From NCBI GenBank assembly GCA_964016885.1, contig OZ024760.1, positions 24,800,001 to 24,864,000 on the forward strand: a DNA stretch of 64,000 nt, given 5' to 3'. Made by a program: the position numbers and the translations under genes. A model generated the notes under the pieces. That model did no database searches. It was not told the origin of the DNA and worked only from the letters and a program-made list of their open reading frames with translations. Positions 1-16,547 of this stretch are shown one piece after another (position 1 is the stretch's first letter; each line of letters opens with the position of its first letter). Source of the DNA: Eledone cirrhosa. Its lineage: Eukaryota.

Positions 1-60
1 ATAATGTACCAGTAATACACTGGAATAATTATTTGCCTTGTGCCAAAAGTAGAAACAACT
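1..60 (+). mobile_element. 3' tail of SINE family 1
   Basis: gtaccagtaatacactgg...gccttgtgccaaaagtagaaacaa matches the 3' ends of copies at 52230-52285 and 52620-52675. Confidence 0.75.
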
Positions 61-730
61 AATTTCAGCTCTTCTTATAAATAACTGCATTGTTTTATTT
101 CAGGGACTATGTGGGAAAATAAACCTCATTTGGTTATTCCATGAGAGTATCTTGGTCATAGGCTGACTATGAGAGAAGGATGCTAGAGCTGTGAAATCGT
201 GTATACTTTAATCTCAGCTCTTATAAATAACAGCATTGTTTCTTTGCAGGGACTATGTTGGAAAATAAATCTCATTTGGTCATTCCATGAGAGTATCTTG
301 GTCATAGGCTGACTTTGAAGCGGTGATGCTAGTGTTGTGAAATCTTGCATGCTTTAATTTCATCTCTTTTTATTAATAACTGAATTTTTTTTTCTAGGGA
401 ATATATTGGAAAATAAACCTCATTTAGTCATTCTATGAGAGTATATTGGTCATAGGCTGACTGCAGGTTTAAAGCTAGGGTTGTGAAATCTTGCATACTA
501 TAATTTCAACTGTTTTTATTAATAACATTTTTTTCTTCTAGGGACTATGCTGGAAAATAAACCTCATTTAGTCATTCCACGAGAGTATATTGGTCATAGG
601 CTAACTATGCAGGATTAATGCCAGAAATGTGGAATCTTGCATGCTTTAATTTCAAATCTTTTTTATTAATAACTGCAATTTTTTTTTCTAGTGACTATGT
701 TGAAATATAAACCCCATGAGAGTATTTTGG
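61..730. repeat. Diverged tandem repeat, ~146-150 bp unit, ~4.5 copies
   Basis: gggactatg..gaaaataaacctcattt..catgagagtat..tggtcataggctgact recurs near 103, 249, 397, 541, 691. Confidence 0.9.
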
Positions 731-1543
731 TCGGCTTATGAACTTTTCAGTCTTTTTAATTTTTAGCCAATCCACGTGTATGTAAGCAGACATGTTTTAT
801 GTCTATGCATAAATCCAATATAAACTTTAAACTTGCGAGCGTTAATGAAAATTTAGACATAGTAGAATATTATGGCTTCCTTTCATTTATATATACTCTG
901 TGGCACATGAGTTAGATTTGTGACTCTTTTAATATTTTTCATTTCACCTGTTTTATAGTCTTTGTTTAATGATATTGCATGATTGTAACTTTTTTCCCCT
1001 CTATAATAAATATGGCGGTAGTTTGGTTTTAAAATCTGAAATAAAATTGGGAGGAAATTACGAATATGAAAAAAAAATCATTAAATGTTTATATGGTAAA
1101 GCAGTATATGTGGCATTCTTTATTTATGTAGTTTAATATGACCTTTTAGGTCATATTAAATATAATATGTGAGGAAATAAAACTATTTTCTACAGTTGGT
1201 GCTTGCAAATCAATATAAAACAAAGTCAGTAACTGCTCGAAGACTCACATTTAGATCTTTTGTTTAGAATAACCAAAAGTTTGTGAGGATCTTTTATTTT
1301 TATTTCTATCAATCAGGTAATAAGAACAAGGTCATAACCGATTTTCTTTTAATTTCATGTCCTATATGACTGGTAAAGGAAGATGAACATAAGAGGTGCA
1401 GCCATTTTAAAACTGAAGGCTTCGCCATCACGATCTCCTCAGAGAACTAAGTGAAATGCACCCAAATATTAGACACCTCACGCGTGACTTTATATGTTGA
1501 GAATACAAAACCCCATGACACTTCACCCAACAATTAATAGTTT

Positions 1544-3143
<1,600 letters not shown>

Positions 3144-3576
3144 CCTCTATACCTACGTACGCAGCTATACAACTTAGTAAAGTATCATAGTATCAGCTGT
3201 CAGAAATTATGTCAGTGAAATATTAAAGTTATATAAATGGTGAAATCGATGAGCCAGTCGTAGTTCATATGCGTCGGTCGTAAATTTGTCGATGTCATTG
3301 ATATTTGCAGAATGTTCTAGAGAAAAGTTTAACAGGGCACACTGCATATTCTGCAATTACAGTCATCTTTGGTGCAGCCGTGCAACGTGATAACCTGTGC
3401 ACGTGCCGAGAGAAATTCCTGATTATGGCTTTCTTCCTTTATACGGTTTTATAATGATGTGCTGTTTTAGTTTCAAATACGAGAATTACCTGTAATTTAA
3501 TAAATAAATGATGAACAGGTACTATGCAGCGAATTAGCAGAGCCGTGTGAAGGTTGGGCAGAATGATTTGCAATAC

Positions 3577-3954
3577 TGGCAGTCTCGGTAGAGCGTCGAA
3601 AAACATGCTTTTTGGTATAGAGTTACGTCACTTTACGATCGATGTTCAAATAGCTTTGCACTTCATCCTTACGGGGTCGATAAAATAAAGTACCTGTAAT
3701 ACAATGGGGTCGATTTAATGAACTTTCCTCCTCTTCTCTCGCCAAAAATTGTTGGCCTTGTGGTATAGAGTTACGTCCATTTACGATCTATGTTCAAATC
3801 CCACCAAGTTTAGCTTGCCATTCATCATTACGGGGTCGATAAAATAAAGTAGCAGTAATGCACTGGTGATCGATTATTCGATATTCCCCTCCCCTCCCCT
3901 ATCGCCAGAAATTGGTAGGTGGTAGGCATTGTGCCTAAATCAGAAACTGATATT
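3577..3954 (+). mobile_element. Two tandem copies of tRNA-derived SINE family 1
   Basis: A-box-like tggcagtctcgg, B-box-like gttcaaatcc, core ttcatccttacggggtcgataaaataaagtacc, tail ggccttgtg. Confidence 0.85.
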
Positions 3955-4104
3955 AGGTCACATGTGTCGCCCTGTGTTCACATACCATCGACGCCGTCAA
4001 TTTTGTCTCTCATCATTTCGGTGTCGACATTACCTGTAATTTTATAAATAAATTATAAACAGGTACTCAGCCGTGTCAATGCTGAACAGAATGAATTCCA
4101 ATAT

Positions 4105-4320
4105 TGGTAGTATCGGTAGAGCGTCGGAAACATGCTTTGTGTCATAGCGTTACGTCGCTTTACGATTTATGTTCAAATCCCATTGAAGTTAGCTTTGCCT
4201 TTCATCGTTACGGGATCGATAAATAAAGTACCAGTAATGCACTGGTGTTGATTTAATCAACTTTACCCTCTCCTCTCCCGCCAGAAGTTGTTGGTCTTGT
4301 GCTTAAATCAGAAACTAAAA
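4105..4320 (+). mobile_element. SINE family 1 copy, part of a local duplication of 3487-3990
   Basis: Same head, core and tail; upstream flank attacctgtaattt..aacaggtact also present at 3486 and 4030. Confidence 0.85.
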
Positions 4321-4436
4321 TTGGGTCACATTTCTGTTGCCCTGTGTTCAAAGACAAACATGGTCAACATCGTCTGTCATCATTTTGGTGACGATAAAAA
4401 AAAGTAGCAGTCAAGTAATGGAGTCGATTCTTCCGC

Positions 4437-4524
<88 letters not shown>

Positions 4525-4864
4525 TCTCTCTCTCTCTCTGTGAAGAAGAATCAACCCCAATACTGGGCAGCTAAGAGTTAAAAATCCATTTCTTGAAACA
4601 CATGGCCTCGAAGATGGTTGCTATTGTGCTGTGGAACTAACTACATACCGAACTATCCCGATGGAATGACTGCTCTAATTATCTTATTACTAAGGATATA
4701 ACCTCCCAGTGTACTACCACTATATATATATATATATATATATAAACACTACACACACACACACACATATATATACACACACACACACACATATATATAA
4801 GTAAACGAGATATTGTTTAAGGTAATCCAAGTCGAGGTTATGATTAGGGTAACCCAAGTAGAAG

Positions 4865-4930
<66 letters not shown>

Positions 4931-4961
4931 ACATACACATACATACATACATACATACATA

Positions 4962-5297
4962 CATGGTGGCTACCAACTCGTTTTCGAGTACGGCCACTAC
5001 TTTATATCCGTGTAGGAGAACCCCTACCGATGCGCTGAACGAGTGTGACTTTTTAGTCCAGCCACCGACTTAAAAACTTTGGTACACACACTACACTTGT
5101 GACAATTACTGACACATAGTGCTGGGCCCATGGTACCATGTGACGACAAGTGCAGAGAGATCTCCAGATATAAAGCAATGCCTGTGCCGTGAAGCTTTTA
5201 TAGTGAGCAAAGGCACTGCACAAAGCCAGGCCCACTCTCTTAACGAAGATGATATTTACCAAAAAGAAGAACAAGTCAACATCATTGGATACCATCA
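4962..5297 (-). mobile_element. Bipartite RTE-derived non-autonomous element, 3' part
   Basis: Near-identical to 5344-5675, 44217-44537 and 62138-62472; ends in an (ATGT)n tail. Confidence 0.75.
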
Positions 5298-5343
5298 TAC
5301 ATACATACATACATACATACATACATACATACATACATACATA

Positions 5344-5901
5344 CATGGTGGCTGCCAACTCGTTTTCGAGTACGGCCACTACTTTATATCCATGTAGGAG
5401 AACCCCTACCGATGCGCTGAACGAGTGTGACTTTTTAGTCCAGCCAGCAATTTGAAAACTCTGGCACAAACACTACACTTGTGACAATTATTGACACATA
5501 GTGTACATGGTACCATGTGACGACAAGTGCAGAGAGATCTCCAGATACAAAGAAATGCCTGTGCCGTGAAGCTTTTATAGTGAGCAAAGGCACTGCATAA
5601 AGCCAGTCCCACTCTCTTAACCAAGATGATATTTACCAAAAAGAAGAACAAGTCAACATCATTGGATACCATCAGGGTTGCAGGTGTTATATCAGAGTGT
5701 TCCTTCTCCTAGAATTCTGCCTTGACAAAGGCTAAGGGGTCATCTCTCCCGGTGATTTTGGATGGCCATTGACTCTTAAGAGCTCCTCTGCCCTTTGACA
5801 GGTTTTGTTTTTAGTCCTGTAGGATGTCCAAAGTCACCCTCCTCACCAAGAAACCTTAGTGGGGTTGCCAGTTTAGTCGCCAATGACCCGACCATGAGAC
5901 A
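5344..5901 (-). mobile_element. Bipartite RTE-derived non-autonomous element (5'UTR-like part fused to ORF2 C2H2 end)
   Basis: Minus strand encodes CSVCARVFKLLAGLKSHTRSAHR*, like an RTE C-terminal C2H2 finger; upstream RTE 5'UTR-like ctaggagaaggaacactctgat; (ATGT)n tail. Confidence 0.75.
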
Positions 5902-5955
5902 TACATACATACATACATACATAGGTTAGTGTCAGGCTTGATAATAGTAGGAATA

Positions 5956-5995
5956 ACACTAACGTTTTGGGCGTTAGTCCTTCATCAGAATATGT
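5956..5995 (-). ncRNA. Degenerate minimal type I hammerhead ribozyme
   Basis: Minus: CTGATGA-aGGACtaacGCCC-AAAA(GAAA decayed)-CGTTA; weak stem I. Confidence 0.45.
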
Positions 5996-6109
5996 AATGG
6001 GAAATTAAAGAAGAAATAGAAAGAGGCAGCAATGAAATAATTTTGTTTGCGAAAACGGCATTCTGTTCAAATAACGATCTATTTATCTGTCTATCTATGT
6101 ATCTATCTA

Positions 6110-6468
6110 TGCAAATATCATTTTGGGAGAAGAATCAGGATGGAAAGAGAGGTGCTGAACCTCAGCACATTTCATAAAAGGTGGGTGAATGTGGCAAAGA
6201 TGGCCCGAGTGGTTGGGCCTTCTCTCTATATAAGCCTGTAGGTTGAGGAAAGAGAGGAAGTGAGTACTCTCTCTTGGTGCTCCTGGAGATGAGGGTTGTA
6301 CATTTTTTAGGGGGCGTGTACAACCCCTGTGTAACGCCTCCCCCTATTGGGGATTTCAATTGTTATTTGTTATTTTATTAATAGTTTTATTTTCATATAC
6401 CTGTATGTAAACTCCCCATTTGTATTTGTCCCCTTCTTTTGTGCCCTTGTGGCTAATAAATAAATTTA
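6110..6468 (+). mobile_element. 3' end of L1/Tx1-like LINE inserted in (ATCT)n
   Basis: ORF end KYHFGRRIRMEREVLNLSTFHKRWVNVAKMARVVGPSLYISL* (stop 6241), 3'UTR, AATAAA 6455-6460, ATCT repeats on both sides. Confidence 0.55.
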
Positions 6469-6635
6469 TCTCTCTATCTATGCAACTATCTATATATCTA
6501 TCCATCTATCTATCTAACTAGTTATTTATCTATCTATATATCTATCTAACTATTCATCTGTCTATCTATGAATCTCTCTCACTCTCTCTCTCTCTCTTTA
6601 TATATATATATATATATTATATATATATATATATC

Positions 6636-7058
6636 AACTAGAAATTGATTGACATATATATATATATTTAAAATAAACACATTAAACAATCGCAGGGGAT
6701 AATTTGTAAAGTGGGTAATCACACATAGCTAGGTAGGTAACTAATTCAAGTTTAACTAGAGCTTTAAATATTACCTTTCAAGCATGATTAATCTTGTTTT
6801 AAAAGGTAATATTTCAAGCTCTAGTTAAACTTTAATTAGTTACCTACCTAGCTCTGTGTGATTACACACTTTACAAATAATCCCCTCTGATTGTTTCATG
6901 TGTTTATTTTAAATATATATATGTATATGTCAATCAATTTCTAGTTAATATAAAATGCTCGGATCTATTCATTGAAATCTTTGAGCTTATTCTACGGTGG
7001 ATATGGCGCATGTCTCCGACATGACTCCCTTAATTTAATTTAATTTAATTAATTTTGG
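6636..7058. mobile_element. Fold-back element: ~310 bp palindrome 6636-6946 plus tail; carries HHR 3' half
   Basis: Centre gattaatc 6786-6793; left arm minus strand reads GAAA-GGTAA..TTACC-TA; flanked by (TA)n. Confidence 0.75.
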
Positions 7059-7080
7059 ATATATATATATATATATATAT

Positions 7081-7288
7081 ATAGGAACGAGAAGGACCCC
7101 GGCGGCTGAGCTCAAGAGGTTTCGACGGCTAATTCTGGACTAAAATATTTTAGTCCAGAATTAGCCGTAGAAACGGCTTGAGCTCAGCCGTCGGGGTCCT
7201 ACTCGATCCTATTACCCACTCTACTACCCTAAGTATTGAGTACTTTGGTGCGTTATGGTCCACCTGGTTCCTTACCACATTTACTTCG

Positions 7289-7290
<2 letters not shown>
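7081..7290 (+). mobile_element. Fold-back element family A (palindrome 7081-7212 plus tail)
   Basis: Centre aaaatatttt; HHR 3' half GAAA-CGGCT..AGCCG-TC; copies at 31040, 35077, 46020; (TA)n flanks. Confidence 0.85.
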
Positions 7291-7343
<53 letters not shown>

Positions 7344-7406
7344 CACAGAGGTATCCAATGTAAGTTGTGGGGTCTATTCTGTATGAAGAACTCAATGGTA
7401 TCCATA

Positions 7407-7543
7407 TATTGCTTTTGAAAAAAGCTGGTGATATGCATGTAAGTAAATATTCTCTCTATATGTTATTTGTAAACTTACATGGATCAATAACTGAGCATAG
7501 ATACAATGTATTATCACCATCTAGAAACGATCGTATAGCAGTG
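7407..7543 (+). ncRNA. Decayed HHR with ~100-nt stem II domain
   Basis: tattgctt-TTGAAAA(decayed CTGAAGA)-..tggtgata....tatcacca..-GAAA-CGATCG-TA-tagcagtg; related to the 22797 HHR. Confidence 0.5.
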
Positions 7544-7586
7544 AAGTATATCTCTAATGACTTGATTTTTTATTTCATTGTTTTAA

Positions 7587-7631
<45 letters not shown>

Positions 7632-7637
<6 letters not shown>

Positions 7638-7848
7638 TAAAATAACAGAATAAAGTTTAAGCAAATAATCGCTGCTTTCACCCTTAACGGGATCTTCTGA
7701 AACTCAGAAGATCCCGTTAAGGGTGAAAACTTCGATTCTTTGCTTGAACTTAAATCTGTTATTTTAATAGATATTTGTCCTATGGTTCTTATATATTTGA
7801 TATATATTTATCCTTATCGAGCCCTCTTTGAATTTTAGTCATCAAATT
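7632..7848. mobile_element. Fold-back element (palindrome 7632-7775 plus tail)
   Basis: Arms invert around gatcttctgaaactcagaagatc; related sequence at 47847-47975. Confidence 0.8.
7654..7704 (-). ncRNA. Variant type I HHR (CAGAAGA core)
   Basis: Minus: AGTTT-CAGAAGA-TCCCgttaaGGGT-GAAA-GCAG..TTGC-TT-AAACT. Confidence 0.55.
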
Positions 7849-7860
7849 TATTATTATTAC

Positions 7861-7916
<56 letters not shown>

Positions 7917-8077
7917 AACGTATATCCACGCACTAACACTAATACAGACCAGCACTAACACACAGAGATGCAAGTTCGCAAGTACATGTGCTAACAGAAG
8001 TACACTTGACCCTATATTTTTGTATGCATTCTCTCGTCTGTCTGACTGTTTGTCTTTCTCTTCTTTTTTATGTTAAT

Positions 8078-11651
<3,574 letters not shown>

Positions 11652-11667
11652 AGTTTTAATATAGATG

Positions 11668-11718
11668 AGATTCTATAGGACTAGAACTGTTTCATTCATT
11701 AGAAATCATCAGGAATCT
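11668..11718 (-). ncRNA. Type I HHR, family B (stem III mismatch)
   Basis: AGATTC-CTGATGA-TTTCtaatGAAT-GAAA-CAG..CTA-TA-GAATCT. Confidence 0.7.
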
Positions 11719-11970
11719 GGGTATCAAAAAATAAATATGGTATTTATAGGTCTCTACAAGTGGTAGGAGAGGGTGGGGAGTGGGATGGGTGCAGATCATT
11801 GGTTGATAGAAAAGGGAATTCATTAAAAGCTAATTCTACAAAGCTATAGTTTATTTTTATTTATTTATGTTTTTAGAGTAACAAGGGCAGACAGAATTCT
11901 ATAAACAGGTTCCGGATGGCATACCATTCCTTGTCATTAAGTTTCTCATATATATTATTTTTTGATACCC

Positions 11971-12021
11971 AGATTCCTGATGATTTCTAATGAATGAAAC
12001 AGTTCTATTCCTGTAGAATCT
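11971..12021 (+). ncRNA. Type I HHR, family B
   Basis: AGATTC-CTGATGA-TTTCtaatGAAT-GAAA-CAGttctattcCTG-TA-GAATCT; all three stems close. Confidence 0.8.
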
Positions 12022-12104
12022 CATCTATATTAAAACTTTTATACTCTGCTATGTATTGAGTACCTTACTTACTGTGGTTACCTCCGATTCAACACGGAAT
12101 AACG

Positions 12105-12135
<31 letters not shown>

Positions 12136-12336
12136 TTATAATATTCATATATAAATATATATATATATAGTTATATATAAATATATATATGTATATATCT
12201 ACATATGCATATATATAGATTTTGAGTATGCCTTCTGGAGCACTCGACGAAGTGCGCAGGTTGGTTTGGTTACTCCGGAGTAGTGTAAAATAAAGTTAAA
12301 TAAAAGTCAAATGATTAAAATTTAGCTTCGTTTATT

Positions 12337-12391
12337 ACTGCTATATATATTTCAGTGACAGCCATCTTTGGCTGTGACCTCTTCAGGCAGT
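12337..12391 (-). ncRNA. Minimal type I HHR, intact
   Basis: ACTGC-CTGAAGA-GGTCACAGCCAaagaTGGCTGTCACT-GAAA-T-ATAT-A-TA-GCAGT. Confidence 0.85.
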
Positions 12392-12604
12392 TTGAATCAG
12401 TATGGTATAGACAAGTACATATGTTATTTAGGTGTATGATATTGTCAATACTCTGATATGCCCAGTTCCTTGTTGGGTTGTTAATTCACTGGGGAACTGT
12501 TCCCCACTGAATTAACAACCCAACAAGGAACTGGGCATATCAGAGTTTTGACAATATCATACACCTAAATAACATATGTACTTGTCTATACGATACTAAT
12601 TCAA

Positions 12605-12659
12605 ACTGCCTGAAGAGGTCACAGCCAAAGATGGCTGTCACTGAAATATATACAGCAGT
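12605..12659 (+). ncRNA. Mirror copy of HHR with U16.1>C change
   Basis: Same as 12337-12391 but reads gaaatatataCagcagt. Confidence 0.7.
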
Positions 12660-12735
12660 AATAAACGAAGCTAAATTTTAGTCATTTGACTTTTATTTAA
12701 CTTTATTTTATGCATATATATATATATATAAATAG

Positions 12736-12771
<36 letters not shown>

Positions 12772-12847
12772 CTATTTATATATATATATATATTATATGT
12801 ATATATACATTTATACATATATATATATAAATATTTATATATATATA

Positions 12848-12963
<116 letters not shown>

Positions 12964-13035
12964 ATACAAATATTTATATATATATATTATATATATATAA
13001 ATATTTATATATATATATATTATATGTATATATAA

Positions 13036-13090
<55 letters not shown>

Positions 13091-13264
13091 TACATACATT
13101 ATATGTATGTATACTTATATGTATATACTCGTACTATTAGTGTTGCTGTTTTCCTTGTTTTGTCGTTTATTTTATTTATTTAGTTTATTTTTTTTATAAC
13201 TGTTTTCTATGGTTATTATTATTGTTGTTGTTATTGCTGTATATAGAGATATCTTTACACTCTA

Positions 13265-13678
13265 GTTGTTGTTGTGGTTGTTGTTGTGTTTGTTGTTGTG
13301 GTTGCTGTTGTGGTTGTTGTTGTGGTTGTTGTTGTGGTTGTTGTTGTGGTTGTGGTTGTGGTTGTTGTTGTGGTTGTGGTTGTCGTTGTTGTTGTGTTTG
13401 TTGATGTGGTTGTTGTTGTGGTTGTTGTTGTGTTTATTGTTGTGGCTGTTGTTGTGGTTGTTGTTGTCGTTGTGGTTGTTGTTGTGTTTGTTGATGTGGT
13501 TGTTGTTGTGGTTGTTGTTGTGTTTGTTGTTGTGGCTGTTGTTGTTGTGGTTGTTGTTGTGGTTGTTGTGGTTGTTGTTGTGGTTGTTGTTGTGGTTGTG
13601 GTTGTTGTTGTGTTTGTTGTTGTGGTTGGTGTTGTGGTTATTCTAAATAGAGATGTCTTTACACTATTTTAGTTGTAG

Positions 13679-13724
<46 letters not shown>

Positions 13725-13730
13725 AGTTGT
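13265..13730. repeat. (GTT/GTG)n degenerate trinucleotide repeat
   Basis: Direct reading. Confidence 0.95.
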
Positions 13731-13915
13731 CGCTGTTTATAGAGACATCTTTACGCCGTGGTTGTTGTCGTTGTTGCTGATTATAATTCCTGTTTTCTTT
13801 TCTGAATTTTTCACGCGTTTTAAAACAGTGAAGGATATAAAAACATATAGAAAATTAAACTTTAAGTAAATACACCTAAGAACGTAAATTACATTAAAAT
13901 AAAATTATATGGCGG

Positions 13916-14011
13916 CGTTAGATAGAGGAAAATAGAACGTAAGATTGTATAAAACAATATAACTATACTGAGATAAACCTAATACATATAATAATATTGA
14001 ATAAGGACAGG

Positions 14012-14057
<46 letters not shown>

Positions 14058-14151
14058 CCTGTCCTTATTCAATATTATTATATGTATTAGGTTTATCTCA
14101 GTATAGTTATATTGTTTTATACAATCTTACGTTCTATTTTCCTCTATCTAA

Positions 14152-14153
<2 letters not shown>
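13916..14153. repeat. Perfect inverted repeat (~99 bp arms) centred on a (TA)n tract
   Basis: 13916-14014 is the exact reverse complement of 14055-14153. Confidence 0.9.
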
Positions 14154-14197
<44 letters not shown>

Positions 14198-14322
14198 GTA
14201 TATATATATGTATATATATGTATATATATATATGTATATATATGTATATATATATATGTATATATATGTATATATGTATATATATATGTATATATGTATA
14301 TACCTATATATATATGTATGTA

Positions 14323-14362
<40 letters not shown>

Positions 14363-14441
14363 TATGTATGTATATATGTTTATGTATGTATATATATATT
14401 ATATATATATATATATATACATATACACAGACATATATTCA

Positions 14442-14482
<41 letters not shown>

Positions 14483-14516
14483 TATATATACAGATATATA
14501 TACAGACATATATTCA

Positions 14517-14556
<40 letters not shown>

Positions 14557-14665
14557 TGAATATATGTGTATATACCTATATACCTATATATAGGTATATA
14601 CATATATATAGGTATATACATACACATACAGACACACGAATATATATATATATATATATATGTCG

Positions 14666-14699
<34 letters not shown>

Positions 14700-15299
14700 T
14701 TATATATATATATGTATATATATGTATTTATATATATATTTATGTATATATATATATATAGAGAGAGAGAGGGCGAGAGAGATAAAGAGAGGTGTATAGA
14801 ATAAGCTATCATAAAGTATAAAGCATAAAAAAATAGAATAAAATAAAAATTGAAAATAAAAAATAATTATATAGAGTTAGATAACATTGAATGTGAGATA
14901 GAATAATATATAAAAATATAAAATAATTAACAATAAAATAACACAAATTAAAATAAATGTAAAATAAACGTAAAATAAGGAAATAAAAACTGAATAAAAT
15001 ACATTGAAACAAAGCAAAATGTTGAATAAATCTTAAGAATTCGGAAGTTTCAAAACTGAAATTCTACTCATTGTTATTTTATTTGCTTATTTCCCTTTGT
15101 TTATATTTTATTAGTTATCATTTTAGAGTAGTTTAAATATATTTTGTTTTTATACTTTCTAGTATTTTATATCCGACATTTTGAATTTATTTATTTTGGT
15201 TCGTTTTTGGCATTTTTCGTTTGTTGCTCAGTTATTTTAAATTTTCTCTTTCTCTATATTATCTTTCATTCAGTCCCACTTCGTTCTTAAATTATTGCC

Positions 15300-15750
15300 T
15301 TCTATCATTCACATTCTATTAAACTCTATCATTCGTTTCTACACTAAGTTAAGCAATCCTTCACTCCTTCATACCCTATGTCATTCTATCATCATTCACC
15401 CGTTCCTCCACTAACTCATTCTATCATCATTCACTCGTTTCTATACTAACTTATTCTATTATAATTCACTCGTTCCTACACTAACTTATTCAATCATCAT
15501 TTACTCGTTCCTACACTAACTTATTCAATCATCATTTACTCGTTCCTACACTAACTTATTATATCTCCATTCACTCCCTCATACTCTATCTCGTTCTATC
15601 ATCATTCACTCGTTCCTACATTAACTTTTTCCTTCATCAACATTCACTCGTTCCAACACTAAGTTACTCTATCCTTCACTCCATCATACACTGTTTTTCT
15701 ACCATCATTCACTCATTCCTACACTATTTTAAACTGTAAATCATTCACTT
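15300..15750. repeat. ~35 bp minisatellite
   Basis: tcatcattcactcgttcctacactaacttattcaa repeated with variants. Confidence 0.85.
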
Positions 15751-16513
15751 GTTTTTAAAATGTCATTCACCCTCTCTCTCTCTTACGTTCTTTCACTCTA
15801 ACTCTTCTCAACTCTCTATCATTCTCCTTCATTCTCTCGTTCACTCTTTCTCATTTTCTCATTCTCTCGTTCACTCTTTCTCATTTTCTCATTCTCTCTC
15901 TCTCGTTCTCTCAATATATCGTTCTTTCTCTCTATATATATATTTCTCTGTCTCTCTTATTCTCTCACACTCTCGTTCTCTCTCTCTCTCTCTCTCCCCT
16001 TCTCTGTCTATCTTGTTCTCTCACACTCTCACCCCACCCTCTCTCTCTATTTCTCTCATAGCCTCGTTCTCTTTCTCTCTCAAATTATCTATGTATTGTT
16101 CTTTCCCTCTCTCGTTCGCTCTCTACTTCAGATTGTATTTCTCTCTCTCTCATTCTCTCTACCCTTCCCTCTCCCTGTACGCCCCCTTCTCGACCCCCCC
16201 CCCTCGTTGTCTCTGGCAGTTCAATCTATGCTGGAGATCTATCAAAACGTAAACAACAGTGGAATATTCCTAACAGTATTTTCTTGAAAATCTCATCCAA
16301 TGTTTTCAGCACATCACCATACTCCCCCCGTCTTCACCCCCCACTTGACACCGCAAATAATTCTCCCACCTTGATTTCTTTATCCTCTCTTTCTCTTTCT
16401 TTGACCTTTCTCTTCCAACAGAAAGGTCAACATGTTTGGCAAAATATTACGACAAACAACACAACTTAGGAATATTTATGTAATTATTAAGTAAAAAAGA
16501 CACAATAAATTGA

Positions 16514-16547
<34 letters not shown>

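Larger units (their letters stand above)
11652..12105. mobile_element. Family B element: inverted HHR arms 11652-11737 and 11955-12037, spacer and tail
   Basis: Arms are reverse complements; minus strand has cctataaatacc upstream of its HHR; relatives at 30309, 30828, 50150. Confidence 0.85.
12219..12710. mobile_element. Family C fold-back element (~425 bp palindrome 12286-12710 plus left tail)
   Basis: Centre ggggaactgttcccc ~12498; single-arm copy at 25298-25607. Confidence 0.9.

Noticed and set aside
1405-1450. CTGAGGA on minus strand as an HHR
   Set aside because: GAAG instead of GAAA and no convincing stems
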